Source of the DNA: Candidatus Bathyarchaeota archaeon | GTDB taxonomy: Archaea; Thermoproteota; Bathyarchaeia; Bathyarchaeales; Bathycorpusculaceae | Assembly: GCA_963767735.1 (NCBI GenBank) | Contig: CAVYES010000008.1 | Location: forward strand, 96,001 to 160,000 | Direction of reading: 5' to 3' | DNA length: 64,000 nucleotides | In this document: piece by piece, positions 19,461-29,707 of the stretch | Layout: each line of letters opens with the position of its first letter | Position numbering within the stretch: position 1 is the stretch's first letter | The notes under the pieces: generated by a model | What the model saw: only the letters and a program-made list of their open reading frames with translations | Told to the model about the DNA's origin: nothing | Database searches by the model: none | Made by a program: the position numbers and the translations under genes

Positions 19461-20240
19461 TTATGCTTTTTTCTTTAGCAAAAGGTCGCATATATTATCT
19501 ATGGTTTTAACTGCTGGGATTTCCTTGTTTTTAAGCGGCGTTTCACCAAGCATATCGGCTTCAATAATTTTCTGATCAAAGGGCACAAAGGTGAGAAGGG
19601 ACAAGCCGTTCTTTTCTGCAAAACTGCTGATAGCTTCCTTCTGAGCCTCGTTCATAACCCTGTTTCCTACAAGATAGAGCTGCTGCATCCCGGCGGCTTT
19701 AGCCATATCATGTATGTGCTTCGCAATTTCCAAAGATTTCAGATTCGAATCTGCAACAATAAGTAATGCATCAACTTGTCTGGCAGTACCTCTGCCAATA
19801 TGTTCAACGCCAGCCTCCAAATCCAAAACAACCGCCTCGTCACGTTCCACAACCAGGTGCCTAAGTAAAGCGCGTATGACAGCGTTTGGCGCACACATGC
19901 ATCCTGCCCCCATTGATTGCACAGTACCCATAACAATCAAATTTGGGCCAAGCGGAGTGCATACGGAGTAATCGCGAACTACGTCGTCAACGGTGAACTG
20001 CAAGCGGTACACGCCCGAGTAACCCGTGCTTGTTTTAGACTCAACAAGCGCTTTGTTCTCCGAAATAGGAACGATTTTGCGAGTTTCCTCAGTTGATAAG
20101 CCTAAAGTCAAACCGAGATTTGGAGAAGAATCGGCATCAATCGCCATTGTTTTTAAACCGCGTTCAGCAAAACCGCATGCTAAACCGCCAGCTATCAAAG
20201 TTTTGCCCACGCCGCCTTTACCAGAAACAGCAACCTTCAT
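19461..20240 (-). CDS. cooC: CooC-family nickel insertion ATPase
   Basis: MKVAVSGKGGVGKT, DAD, GCMC, DLEAGVEH.GRG. Confidence 0.92.
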   Translation of the reverse strand: MKVAVSGKGGVGKTLIAGGLACGFAERGLKTMAIDADSSPNLGLTLGLSTEETRKIVPISENKALVESKTSTGYSGVYRLQFTVDDVVRDYSVCTPLGPNLIVMGTVQSMGAGCMCAPNAVIRALLRHLVVERDEAVVLDLEAGVEHIGRGTARQVDALLIVADSNLKSLEIAKHIHDMAKAAGMQQLYLVGNRVMNEAQKEAISSFAEKNGLSLLTFVPFDQKIIEADMLGETPLKNKEIPAVKTIDNICDLLLKKKA

Positions 20241-20445
20241 AATTCTCACAGTTAACAAGACTCTCGTTTCAACATTAATTTACGTTTCCTTGAGCGCGAA
20301 AGAAAACCCATGACAAAAACAGTTGGTTTCGTTGGCACTGCAGAGCAACGATGAAAAACAGGCTCCGCTTTTAGTGTTTACATACACGCTATCCCTGTCT
20401 CCTACTTTGTTAGCCGCTTTTCCGTATTTTGCACTACGTCATCTT

Positions 20446-21129
20446 TCACAAATTCTCAGACAGTTTTGAGTGTGAACCTTCTTCACCCGCACGATTTCCC
20501 GCGTTGAACTGACCCAAAACCTGTCGGCACCCAGCATTGCTTTCTGTTTTGAGCAACCTACGCAAGTCATCGACAGAATCAATATCCATAGCTACCCTCC
20601 CTGAGTAATAAAGTCTTACGCAGACACCTTTGTCTTGTGCCTCCTTGATGTGCTTTAAGAAGCTTCTCGGTCCAAAAGACGGCCGAATCAGGTTTGGCGG
20701 ACTCTGGAAAAGAGCATTTGTACCATCATCATATGAGGAAGACAACACTACGGTTTGATTTTCGCGATTGCCCAACTTAACCATCCTATCTACGTCCGCC
20801 GAAGACAACAGCGGGATATCAGCGGGCAGTACAAGAACGGCTTCTGCCCCTTGCTGTATGCACCATTCGGTTGCCTTTTCAACCGCGCAATTTAAACCGA
20901 CGATTTTCTGGGCGAGGTAATTGGCGCCGAATTTGCCTGCAATATCATGCACGTCTAAATCGTCACTCACCACAACGGTATCATTAACAATTGATGTCTG
21001 AAGTGCGCTTAAAACGTCTTCTAACATTGCTAAAGTCAGTTGCCCACGCTCCTGCGGACTTAGAACTGGAGAAAGACGCTTCTTTGAGGCGCCCAAGCTT
21101 TTGACAGGTACCACAGCATAAACATACAT
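20446..21129 (-). CDS. cofC: 2-phospho-L-lactate/phosphoenolpyruvate guanylyltransferase
   Basis: AVVPVK...K.RLS..L...R..L..AML.DVL, PADIPL, GTNAL, DID..DDL. Confidence 0.9.
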   Translation of the reverse strand: MYVYAVVPVKSLGASKKRLSPVLSPQERGQLTLAMLEDVLSALQTSIVNDTVVVSDDLDVHDIAGKFGANYLAQKIVGLNCAVEKATEWCIQQGAEAVLVLPADIPLLSSADVDRMVKLGNRENQTVVLSSSYDDGTNALFQSPPNLIRPSFGPRSFLKHIKEAQDKGVCVRLYYSGRVAMDIDSVDDLRRLLKTESNAGCRQVLGQFNAGNRAGEEGSHSKLSENL

Positions 21130-21313
21130 GCCCTAGCCGCCAGAACGCTGTGTCAAATATGGACAACTGCGTTGGTACTTCTGATTGTTCTTTGTTGCCT
21201 AAAAATATTTAGATGAAACAGAAAAGAAACGCAACTTTTTACAACTTAACTAATGCTATGCAAAAGACTTTTTAACCCAAACCCGTTTCCCCTTTAGCCG
21301 AGATGAAATCATC

Positions 21314-22039
21314 ATGAAAATACTAAACGAGTTTGTGCCAACACGCAAATTTCTAAAGCTTGCCGACGAAATTAAGGATCTAGTTGATGGATGGAACGTT
21401 ACTGACAGCGCAGCCGGTTTTCCAGCCCCCAGCGGTGTAGTTGTAAGCTGCATCCTCAAATACAAATACCCTGAAAAATACATCGTGCCAATATTCATCC
21501 TGCACTATAAAGGCCCAGTTGAAGTAGGAGGCTTAGCTTTAGCATCAGACGTCATAGGTCTAGACGGCTTAGCAGTCACCATGGGTGACAAGCCCAAGTA
21601 TGGTGAACCTATAAAAATGCTGCCGTCCTCCGAGGAAGCTCGAGACTTCATACGCAACACAGTAAAAACCAAGAACCTAAAGCTCGGCTGCTTACTAACA
21701 GCAAGACGCTCCGTAGAAGAAACTCTTGCCCGAGTAAGAGAACCATGGGACTTTATTTACTTCATGAGGCTAGAAGACAAATCCTTCCCAATCCTAGAGC
21801 AAGTAGCCGCAGAATGCAAGAAACTAAACAAGCCAATCTACGCATACTTCCTAGTTGGAACAGCCAAAAACGTAGAAACAGTTAAAATGATTGGATGGCC
21901 AACCGCCGCAACCATGGAAACAGTTGAAGAAAAAGCAGCTAAACTCAACGGACTCGTCGACGGCATCATCGCAACATGTGCAGGCGATGCTGAAGGCGAC
22001 AAACTGATGCTGCAGAAACTGCAAAAGTTCAGAAGCTAA
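21314..22039 (+). CDS. Short MetF (methylenetetrahydrofolate reductase)-like TIM-barrel protein
   Basis: NEFVP..K, VDGWNVTD..G.P and LAVTMGDKP resemble the MetF E..PPK, VDAxNVTD and LxxxGDPP motifs; the C-terminal half is divergent. Confidence 0.6.
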   Translation: MKILNEFVPTRKFLKLADEIKDLVDGWNVTDSAAGFPAPSGVVVSCILKYKYPEKYIVPIFILHYKGPVEVGGLALASDVIGLDGLAVTMGDKPKYGEPIKMLPSSEEARDFIRNTVKTKNLKLGCLLTARRSVEETLARVREPWDFIYFMRLEDKSFPILEQVAAECKKLNKPIYAYFLVGTAKNVETVKMIGWPTAATMETVEEKAAKLNGLVDGIIATCAGDAEGDKLMLQKLQKFRS

Positions 22040-22209
22040 AAACATCACACAAAACGAAAGATTTCACCATCTTTCCTAAGGTTTTTTACAAACCTTTTTC
22101 CGTTTTTCTTTTTTGAAACAGTCCATTTTACGTTAAAATTTTACTATCGAGAGATAACTTAATTTTTATCGTTTAATAAGCCATTACCAACACAATAGAG
22201 GTATGTTGC

Positions 22210-22968
22210 GTGAGCACTGTTAAAGTAATAGCTGTCGAGAATCTACCGTTAATAAAAAAAGGAGACAACATCGGGCAGCTTATCGTTGAAGCAGCAAAAA
22301 AACAAAAAACGCCCCTACAACAAAAAGATATAATTGTAGTCACCCACGTTGCCGTTTCTAAGGCTGAAGGAAACGTCATCAACCTTGACGAAATTACTCC
22401 TTCTAAAAAGGCAAAAGAAATAGCGCAACAAACAAACAAAGACCCAGCTCTAGTTGAGGTTATTCTCAGAGAAACCAAAGACATAGTTCGGATTAGTCAA
22501 AACAGCATCATAACGGAGACCAAAAGCGGGGTAATTTGTGCTAATGCTGGAGTGGACAAATCTAATGTTTCAGGCGACAGAAATGTTGTCCCACTGCCAA
22601 AAAACCCCAATGTGTCCGCGCAAAACATAAGACAAGAAATAAAACGGTTAACAGGAGCTGACGTGGCAGTAATCGTTTCTGACACTCATGGGAGACCCTT
22701 GCGCATGGGGGAAATTAATGTGGCAGTTGGCGTGGCAGGAATCAAGCCTATTAGAGACAGACGAGGCGAGAAAGACCTCTTTGGCTATGTTCTTAGAATA
22801 AAACAAACCGCTATCGCCGACGAATTGTCCTCTGCAGCGGAACTTGTGATCGGCCAAGCGAACGAAGGGATACCAGCCGCCATTATTCGAGGGTACAATT
22901 ACCGAACAACTGAGGATGTATCAGCTACTGAACTCACTAGACCCAAAGAAAAAGACCTCTTCAGATGA
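22210..22968 (+). CDS. cofE: Coenzyme F420-0:L-glutamate ligase
   Basis: LP.I..GD, VSKAEG, ANAGVD.SN, DTHGRP.R.G, ADEL..AA.LV.G. Confidence 0.94.
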   Translation: MSTVKVIAVENLPLIKKGDNIGQLIVEAAKKQKTPLQQKDIIVVTHVAVSKAEGNVINLDEITPSKKAKEIAQQTNKDPALVEVILRETKDIVRISQNSIITETKSGVICANAGVDKSNVSGDRNVVPLPKNPNVSAQNIRQEIKRLTGADVAVIVSDTHGRPLRMGEINVAVGVAGIKPIRDRRGEKDLFGYVLRIKQTAIADELSSAAELVIGQANEGIPAAIIRGYNYRTTEDVSATELTRPKEKDLFR

Positions 22969-23023
22969 GTCATTCAACAAGGTTCAATAACTTAACCTCT
23001 TGTAAAATACGAGATATTATGAG

Positions 23024-23362
23024 TTGAAAAAGATGGATGCTAAAACGCCTCAGGAATTCTTCGAAAAAACGTTGCCGCACAGATTCAAGCCTGAAAAGGC
23101 ATCGGGTGTCGATGTTGTGGCTCAATTAAACTTAACTGGCGCAAATGGAGGCGACTGGGTGGTAACTATAAAAGATCAAAAATTGCAGGTTAGAGAAGGA
23201 AAGACTTCTTCGCCCACGTTGACGTTGAAGATGGCAGATAACGATTTTATGAACGTTGTAAACGACAAATTAAGCACTGAAAAAGCTTTTTTCACGGGCA
23301 AACTGCATTTTGAAGGAAACCTGAGTTTGGCTTTAAAATTAAAGGATGCAGGCTTTCTTTAA
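23024..23362 (+). CDS. SCP2 sterol/lipid-binding domain protein
   Basis: Q..L.G..GG.W...I, AFFTGKL..EGNL.LA.KL. Confidence 0.88.
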   Translation: MKKMDAKTPQEFFEKTLPHRFKPEKASGVDVVAQLNLTGANGGDWVVTIKDQKLQVREGKTSSPTLTLKMADNDFMNVVNDKLSTEKAFFTGKLHFEGNLSLALKLKDAGFL

Positions 23363-23364
23363 GA

Positions 23365-23907
23365 TCATGTCAACCCAAGCTTTCTCACAACTGCTAAGGG
23401 CAAGTCGTCTTCACCGATTTTGAACGTGTGTGGCTCTTCAATCTTTACGATGACCCGGAGCTCCTCAGGATCTAATTCCTGGATAAGACTAGTTAATTCT
23501 TTTTTAGCTATCTCAAAGTGGTCCTTGAAGGCAGCTTTGTTACTATATAATACCCCGGCGAAACCGCAGATTTCAGCTTTTTTTAGGAACCATTCAACCT
23601 TTTTGGTGGAAAAATTAATGCCAAATGTTACGGGTCCAGCCCTGCACGTTTCAGGCTTGACGAGGTGTACCGAGCATTTTCCTGTTTCCTTGCTGAAAAA
23701 ACCGCATAAAACAAGTTCGTCAACTGTTGGATAAGAATAGTCTTCTTTAGTGAAGTGTCTTTCAACATTAATCTTCTGCTTTTCGAGGTATTCTTTTATT
23801 ATTTTTTTTCTTTTCTCGCTCAGTGGCGGTTTGGCGTCTTTGCAGCAGATAATTTTGCATTGGCTACAAACATCAAACGAGTAGGTTGCTCCATTGTTGT
23901 CAGTCAT
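23365..23907 (-). CDS. YkgJ-family (CxxCxxCC) Zn/Fe-S cluster protein
   Basis: CSQCKIICC, C.F....G.C.VH..KP..CR..P. Confidence 0.85.
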   Translation of the reverse strand: MTDNNGATYSFDVCSQCKIICCKDAKPPLSEKRKKIIKEYLEKQKINVERHFTKEDYSYPTVDELVLCGFFSKETGKCSVHLVKPETCRAGPVTFGINFSTKKVEWFLKKAEICGFAGVLYSNKAAFKDHFEIAKKELTSLIQELDPEELRVIVKIEEPHTFKIGEDDLPLAVVRKLGLT

Positions 23908-23922
23908 TAAGTGGCACCTTTT

Positions 23923-25117
23923 TTAGAAGTATGGTTGATTATCAGAGAGGCACTTAATAAGCGTTGAATAAACGTTTATGATTGCTTGATGGAAATCGGT
24001 TTTTTCCGCGCGCCTCAAGACCCTGTCCCTTATGAGTTCAGAGAGGCTGCCATTTTCTAGCCGTTTCTTAATAATCCACAGATACCTTTTCTCGTCTTCA
24101 TACGCGTATTCATGAGCCAAATTAAAGTAGCGTTGGCACACTTGCCGCGCTGTTTTACCGTTAGGGTTCGAGACTTGGGCGTTTAACCCTTTCTTGATTA
24201 CTGCGTTGAAGTCTTTGACTAGCAGGTCATGCGGTAAAAGTTCAGCCGGTAAGGTAATTAAGCCTCTGAGAGTTGCACGTATGAAACAGCTCAATGCCAC
24301 ATCGGATTTAATGCATTCCTGCTCATCCATCACGCGGACTTCGAGGGCTGAGCGGTCAAAACGGAAAATTACTCCTCTTGAATTAACCCATTCACGCGAC
24401 AGCAAAGTTTTGCCCGCGCCGGCTTTAGCTAAATCCTCTGAGTACTGACCAATAACACCAAGCTTATACTGGCTAAACGAGTTGACATATTCTGGGATAA
24501 CCTCTCCCGATAGGGAATGGATTTCTCTCTGGTTTATCTTGTAGAAGTGCAGTCGGTTGTCGACATCTGGACCAGCTTTGCCTTCATAGATTGGCGAGGA
24601 AGCAGTAATTGCTGGAAGATAAGCGCACAAGTTAACAAGCAAATTATGCGTTCGCACACCATCAGCTTCTTTTTGATATGGGAGGTTTAAGTGGAAACTT
24701 TGGATATTTAGCCAGCCATGCTGGTTTAAGTTGAAGATTTTGGCGTATTCCCGATAGATTTTTCTGTGAAAGTGAGGCCAGATGGCAGTGTCTTCTAGTT
24801 TAAGTAGAGGATGCATTCCTGTTCCAAGAAGCATCGCGCCTTGCTTGTTCACGATTTGGCTCAGCGTTGAGACCCCGTTTTGCATTGTTTCTTCGAATTG
24901 TAGGGGCGATTTGAAGGGAGAATTTGCTTTTAATTCCATTACGTGAAGCTGCATTTCTTTTCCAAAGGTAAAAGATGGAAGCTCGATGAAGTTGATGATT
25001 TTTCCACAATATGCTTTTATGATTTTGTCGGAGATGGGCAAAACTTTCAGTTCCTGGTTTACGAGCGAAAATTCGTGTTCTGGTCCAAGCACTTCAAGCG
25101 GTTTATACGTTGGCTAT
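23923..25117 (-). CDS. Glutamate--cysteine ligase family 2 (GCS2) carboxylate-amine ligase
   Basis: G.E.E..LV, E...HV.ELK, GMHP, HGW.N.QS.HLNLP, ASSP, WVNSRG..RFDR.A.E.RV.D; the true start appears to be ATG read as ATAG (extra base) at ~25117. Confidence 0.88.
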
Positions 25118-25214
25118 GCCTCTTTTTGTTTAGCGTTAATTTGGATGCGAATATAATGATAGTTAATCTTAAATATAACTGCACGAATAACGCCTTTTAA
25201 TTACCTGGTGTCTC

Positions 25215-25916
25215 ATGACCGTGTTGGTCGTCTCAAATATCGACCTAACCACTAATTCGCAAGTAATGAAGCCTGCAACGTTTTTAGATTCCACAATCAA
25301 AGAAGCCACACTCAACATCAATAACGAATACCGATACCTCAAAACAGGGTATTATGTTTCTATGCACGCTGAAATTTTAGGCAACCGTGTTATTCCATCA
25401 TGTGAAAACATTATTGACTCAAGCCGAACCCCGATTCTTCTTCTTAGAGCGGCCAAAGCTGGGGTGCCCACCTTACCCTTCCTTGTTACAGATTCGGTTA
25501 AAAAAATAACCAGCGAACTAGGCTTCCCAGTAATCGTTTTTGCCGTCAATCCTTTTATTTACGACGGCTACAAAGTCGCAAACAACAAAAGCGCGCTCTA
25601 CCGCGCCATGAAAAGCTTAGGTATGAACTACAAATTTGCCGTCTGCGCCCAACCCCTCAAAGGCGAACTCTTCGCTGTCAAATCTTTCTTCGGCAAAACA
25701 GTCAACACGGATTTGCGGATGCAGAAAATTGCAGAAAAAGTTTATGAAACCTTCAAAATACCGCTTTGCAAACTACACATACAAAAAACAGTTGACAAAG
25801 CTTATCTTTGTGGATTGCAACCCGTAAATAGAGAGGAGCTTTCCGAACAAGATTTGCAAATAATTTCAAAAGAGGTCTCGCTCATTTCTGAGCAGGGTGA
25901 ACCCTTCGGTGTCTAA
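25215..25916 (+). CDS. RimK-like ATP-grasp N-terminal (RLAN) domain protein
   Basis: N....Y.YL..GYYVS.HAE..G..V.P signature of the RLAN domain. Confidence 0.75.
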   Translation: MTVLVVSNIDLTTNSQVMKPATFLDSTIKEATLNINNEYRYLKTGYYVSMHAEILGNRVIPSCENIIDSSRTPILLLRAAKAGVPTLPFLVTDSVKKITSELGFPVIVFAVNPFIYDGYKVANNKSALYRAMKSLGMNYKFAVCAQPLKGELFAVKSFFGKTVNTDLRMQKIAEKVYETFKIPLCKLHIQKTVDKAYLCGLQPVNREELSEQDLQIISKEVSLISEQGEPFGV

Positions 25917-26787
25917 AATCGCCTGCTTTGTTGAGAAATATAATTTTACTGATCCGCGAGAGGAAGGCGCACTTCAAAACTTCAAGTTAGCCGCCGAAAA
26001 ACAAGGGCAAGAATTTCATTTCCTTTTCCGTGAAGACATATCGGACGTCGCAAAATACGACTCTGTTTTCATTAGAGCAACAACCGACCCATTAAACACG
26101 GCGTACGTTGTGTCTAAAACAGCATGGGAACTTGGCTTGAAAGTTATTGATGATCCTGAATCGATAACGATTTGCGGCAACAAAATCCATCAATATGCTT
26201 TGTTTGAGAAATATAATGTTCCATACATACCGACGATATTTCTTAGCAAAGATGAACTGCATCATAAAAAAATCAGCGACATATTCGATGCATTCGGCAA
26301 GCCAGTCGTCATAAAGGCGCCTTACACGAGTTTCTCGCGTTATGTGGAGAAGGCTGCTTGCGAAACAAGCTTCAGAGACGTCGCTAAACGGTTCTTTAAA
26401 AAATCCGACGTTTTAGCAATCCAAAAGTTTACGCCTACATCTTTCGACTGGAGAGTCGGCGTGCTAAACAATGACGTCCTCTACGTGTGTAAGTACATGA
26501 TTCCTAAGGGCAAATGGAAGCATGGCGCCAAACTGCGGGGCAAACCAACCGTGATTTGGGGCAGAACTGTAAGCCTCAAGAAACAAGAAATGCCGGCAAG
26601 GCTAAGGGAAGTAGCTTTGAAGGCGTGCAGTGTGGTTGGTAAAGGGCTCTATGGCGTTGACATCAAAGAGGTTAACGGCGACTATGTTGTGGTGGAAGTT
26701 AACGATAACCCGAGCATCTACGCTGGCTACGAAGACTCAATGGACCACGACATTTACCAGCGAATTATCAGCTACCTATCAGAATAA
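25909..26787 (+). CDS. RimK-family ATP-grasp alpha-L-glutamate ligase
   Basis: FIR.TT, VIDDP.SI..C.NK, P.V.K.P..SFS, DWRVGVL, GLYGVDIKE, EVNDNPSI. Confidence 0.9.
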   Translation: MSKIACFVEKYNFTDPREEGALQNFKLAAEKQGQEFHFLFREDISDVAKYDSVFIRATTDPLNTAYVVSKTAWELGLKVIDDPESITICGNKIHQYALFEKYNVPYIPTIFLSKDELHHKKISDIFDAFGKPVVIKAPYTSFSRYVEKAACETSFRDVAKRFFKKSDVLAIQKFTPTSFDWRVGVLNNDVLYVCKYMIPKGKWKHGAKLRGKPTVIWGRTVSLKKQEMPARLREVALKACSVVGKGLYGVDIKEVNGDYVVVEVNDNPSIYAGYEDSMDHDIYQRIISYLSE

Positions 26788-26856
26788 CCTCAACGCCGCT
26801 TTCGACACCTATTTATTATAACACACATTTTATCCAGTGCACAGGAGATTGCCATT

Positions 26857-27819
26857 ATGCCTAAAGTAGCACATAAAGAAGCAGTGAAAGATTACAAGTT
26901 TACCGAGCAGATGTCTGTAGATGAGCTTGTTAACCAGATGGATGAAGCGTGGGGTTTCACCGCGGGCAAGCTTGCGGTAGGTGTCAAGATAATGGAGTCC
27001 ATGATTAACACGAAGGGCTGCGTAAAGTTCCTATCGTTCACCGCCGACATAGTGGCCACTGGCACGCGAGGCGTAATCAAAGAACTGGTTAAACGCAAGC
27101 TAGTTGACGTTTTAATTACGACCTGTGGAACGCTTGACCATGATGTGGCACGCTGTTGGAAAGACTACTATAAAGGCAGCTTCATAATGAACGATTCTAA
27201 ACTGCACCAAGAAGGCCTAAACCGTCTGGGGAACGTGCTTGTTCCAAACGACAGCTACGGCATAATTATCGAGCAGAAAATCCAAGCCATGCTACAAGAC
27301 TTATACAAGGAAGGCCAACATGAGCTTTCCACGAGCGAACTGTGCCGTGAAATCGGTTTGCGCTGTTGCGATGAAAGCTCAATTCTTTATTGGGCAGCAA
27401 AAAACAACATCCCAGTTTTCGTACCAGGCATAACCGACGGCGCAGTAGGCTACCAACTATGGTTCTTCAGCCAAGACCACCACGATTTCCGCATTAACCT
27501 GCTTAAAGACGAAGGTGACCTCAACAACATCGTTTTCGACGCCAAGAAAAGCGGCGCCCTCATAGTCGGCGGCGGCATTTCTAAGCATCATACGATTTGG
27601 TGGAACCAGTTCAAAGACGGCTTAGACTACGTCGTCTACATAACGACAGCAGACGAGTGGGACGGAAGCCTCAGCGGCGCAAGACCACGCGAAGCGGTAT
27701 CCTGGGGAAAAATCAACGAAAAAGCCAAACGCATCATGATCGAAGGCGACGCCACAGTAATAATGCCAATAATGACTGCCTCACTTATCGATAGGCTTTG
27801 CAAAAAGAAAACCGCTTAG
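26857..27819 (+). CDS. dys: Deoxyhypusine synthase
   Basis: NR.GNV.VP, PGITDG, GGG.SKHH, DGSLSGA.P.EAVSWGK with the catalytic Lys. Confidence 0.93.
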   Translation: MPKVAHKEAVKDYKFTEQMSVDELVNQMDEAWGFTAGKLAVGVKIMESMINTKGCVKFLSFTADIVATGTRGVIKELVKRKLVDVLITTCGTLDHDVARCWKDYYKGSFIMNDSKLHQEGLNRLGNVLVPNDSYGIIIEQKIQAMLQDLYKEGQHELSTSELCREIGLRCCDESSILYWAAKNNIPVFVPGITDGAVGYQLWFFSQDHHDFRINLLKDEGDLNNIVFDAKKSGALIVGGGISKHHTIWWNQFKDGLDYVVYITTADEWDGSLSGARPREAVSWGKINEKAKRIMIEGDATVIMPIMTASLIDRLCKKKTA

Positions 27820-27879
27820 CAGCTTTATCGAATTAGCTTCGGCAACAAAGGCATTATTTTTGTTTTTCTTCAAGATTTT

Positions 27880-28293
27880 TTATGGTTCTTCTTTACCGAG
27901 TATCTGAGTAAATTCGTTTACGGATAATACCCGGATGTTACTGCAGCAAGCTATTTTAAGAAGGTGCTTGTCGCTGCTAATAATATAATCTGCTTCGCCA
28001 CAGAGTGCGGTGTTCAAAACTATATTGTCGTCAGGGTCCTCTAACACAATTTTGAGATTGGAATTCAGAGGCACAACAGTTGCTGCCTGACTAGAACGGA
28101 AATAAGCCTATCAATCTGAGCGCTTTTTAACATTAAATTTGTCTCTTGAGAGAACGTCAGCTAATTCAGCCAGCATCGGAATAGATAAAATCACGGCATG
28201 CTTATCTATTATTTTAACGACGAGATTTCTTGATTTTCCCTTTTTAAGAAATGAGGATACTAAAACATTTGTGTCAATGACCACACGAGCCAT
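27880..28293 (-). pseudogene. PIN-domain toxin, interrupted by two compensating indels at ~28085-28130
   Basis: N-half RVVIDTNVLVS..E...VL.R; C-half DPDDN..L..A..G.ADYI.S.DKHLL; in-frame TGATAG between them. May be an assembly artefact. Confidence 0.75.
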
Positions 28294-28294
28294 T

Positions 28295-28591
28295 TTACAC
28301 GCCTTTTTTGGCTCGCTTCTTAAGTCGATAATCCTGAATCTCATTCAAAATTTCTTTCTCAGAAACTTTTTTGCCCTTATTTTGTTCATCGATTTCGCTG
28401 AAAAGAGTTTTCAACTCTTCCCTCAAAGGTGGAACTTCAAGTTTAGTTACTACAAGTTTATCTCCTTGCCTGTAAACGATGAGCTTTGTTTTGGATGTTA
28501 TTTTCAGTTCTTTTCTGAGTCTTTGTGGAATAACGATTTGACCCTTCGTTCCAACGATTGCGATTTCAGGTTGAGTCTCTGCTTGGCCCAT
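28295..28591 (-). CDS. AbrB/MazE/SpoVT-family antitoxin
   Basis: VGTKGQIVIP..LRK.L.I; immediately upstream of the PIN gene. Confidence 0.88.
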   Translation of the reverse strand: MGQAETQPEIAIVGTKGQIVIPQRLRKELKITSKTKLIVYRQGDKLVVTKLEVPPLREELKTLFSEIDEQNKGKKVSEKEILNEIQDYRLKKRAKKGV

Positions 28592-28761
28592 TTTTATCAT
28601 AAGTATAATTTTCATACTTGCAGATAAGCCTTTTTAAAATACGGTAATTCTGCCAACTAGCTTTGCATATGCAGTTCCAAATTGAAGTTTTTCGCCCGAA
28701 ACTACTGTTTACTTTTTGTTAACAATTATGTTTATATTTTATGTTTACTAAATGTTGACTC

Positions 28762-28995
28762 ATGAGCGACGTAATTGCAGTCAGAGTACCAAAAAAACTG
28801 AAAAAAGAACTTCAAGAGTTGAATATGGATTACGCAGACGCCGTCAGAGAATGCCTTGAAAGAAAGGTTAAGGCTGAGAAGCTAAAGCGGGTCATGAAAG
28901 AAATTGACACATTTAGAATTGAGCTAAGCAAAAAGACTGGAACTACAGCATCATCCGCCGACATTATCAGGGAAGACCGAGAACATGGCCACTGA
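28762..28995 (+). CDS. VapB-type (RHH/CcdA-like) antitoxin
   Basis: SDVIAVRVPKKLK..L, C-terminal S..IIREDRE; overlaps the vapC start. Confidence 0.85.
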   Translation: MSDVIAVRVPKKLKKELQELNMDYADAVRECLERKVKAEKLKRVMKEIDTFRIELSKKTGTTASSADIIREDREHGH

Positions 28996-29410
28996 AGCCA
29001 TCATAGATTCATCTGTTATTGTAGCGCTTGTTACGCCCGAAAAATACTCTGAATGGGCATCAAAAAAGTTACAAAGCTACGAATATTTTCATGTTTTAGA
29101 CCTAAGCTTTTACGAAGTAGCCAACGCTATAGAGCACAAAGTCACCGGTGGACTGGATGCAAAAGATGCGACAGTCGCTTTCAAACGGGCTGAGAAAATG
29201 ATGAATCTAAATGCAGTCCACAGCTTCTCTGAAGTTGTAAGTGACTCCTTAAAAACAGCGCTAGAGCTGAAAATTGCCGTTTATGATGCCGCGTTTCTAT
29301 CGCTCGCGGACAAATTGAAAATGCCATTTTTAACTCTTGACATAAAACTGGTGAAAAGACTTGAAGGCACGAAATATAACGAACTAACTGAATATCCAAA
29401 CAAAACATAA
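28985..29410 (+). CDS. vapC: VapC PIN-domain toxin
   Basis: IDSSV, YEVANA, YDA.FL.LA, TLD.KL. Confidence 0.9.
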   Translation: MATEAIIDSSVIVALVTPEKYSEWASKKLQSYEYFHVLDLSFYEVANAIEHKVTGGLDAKDATVAFKRAEKMMNLNAVHSFSEVVSDSLKTALELKIAVYDAAFLSLADKLKMPFLTLDIKLVKRLEGTKYNELTEYPNKT

Positions 29411-29498
29411 CCAGGGCATAAAGTTTGTTGCCAAAGAAGGACACGAGTTAAGAATGAGAAACCCAATTAATTGCGTGAAAGAAAAAGAGGAATGAAAA

Positions 29499-29702
29499 AT
29501 GACTTCTGAAGTTGCAACTGTTGGAGTTCCCTTTGAAGCGTTGGTCAAGGAACTTGGCGCCAAGAGAGCTATAGAATTTATAAGTGAAATCAGAGAATGC
29601 TACGGCGATTCAGTCGTCGAATTAAGGAAAGCTACTGAAAAATTAACCATCGACCAAATTGAAGCTGAAATCAAAAAATTAAAGAAAAAAACAAAAGGTT
29701 AG
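29499..29702 (+). CDS. Small hypothetical protein, possibly an orphan antitoxin
   Basis: 67 aa with SD-like GAGG; ALVKELG...A.EFI....GD pattern recalls PIN-associated small proteins. Confidence 0.55.
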   Translation: MTSEVATVGVPFEALVKELGAKRAIEFISEIRECYGDSVVELRKATEKLTIDQIEAEIKKLKKKTKG

Positions 29703-29707
29703 AGCGT

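Noticed and set aside
28105-28113. In-frame TGA-TAG in the PIN gene as Sec/Pyl readthrough
   Set aside because: The shifted frame (SAQIDRLISVLVRQ) gives a more plausible PIN helix, so two compensating indels explain it; no Sec or Pyl machinery is in the window.
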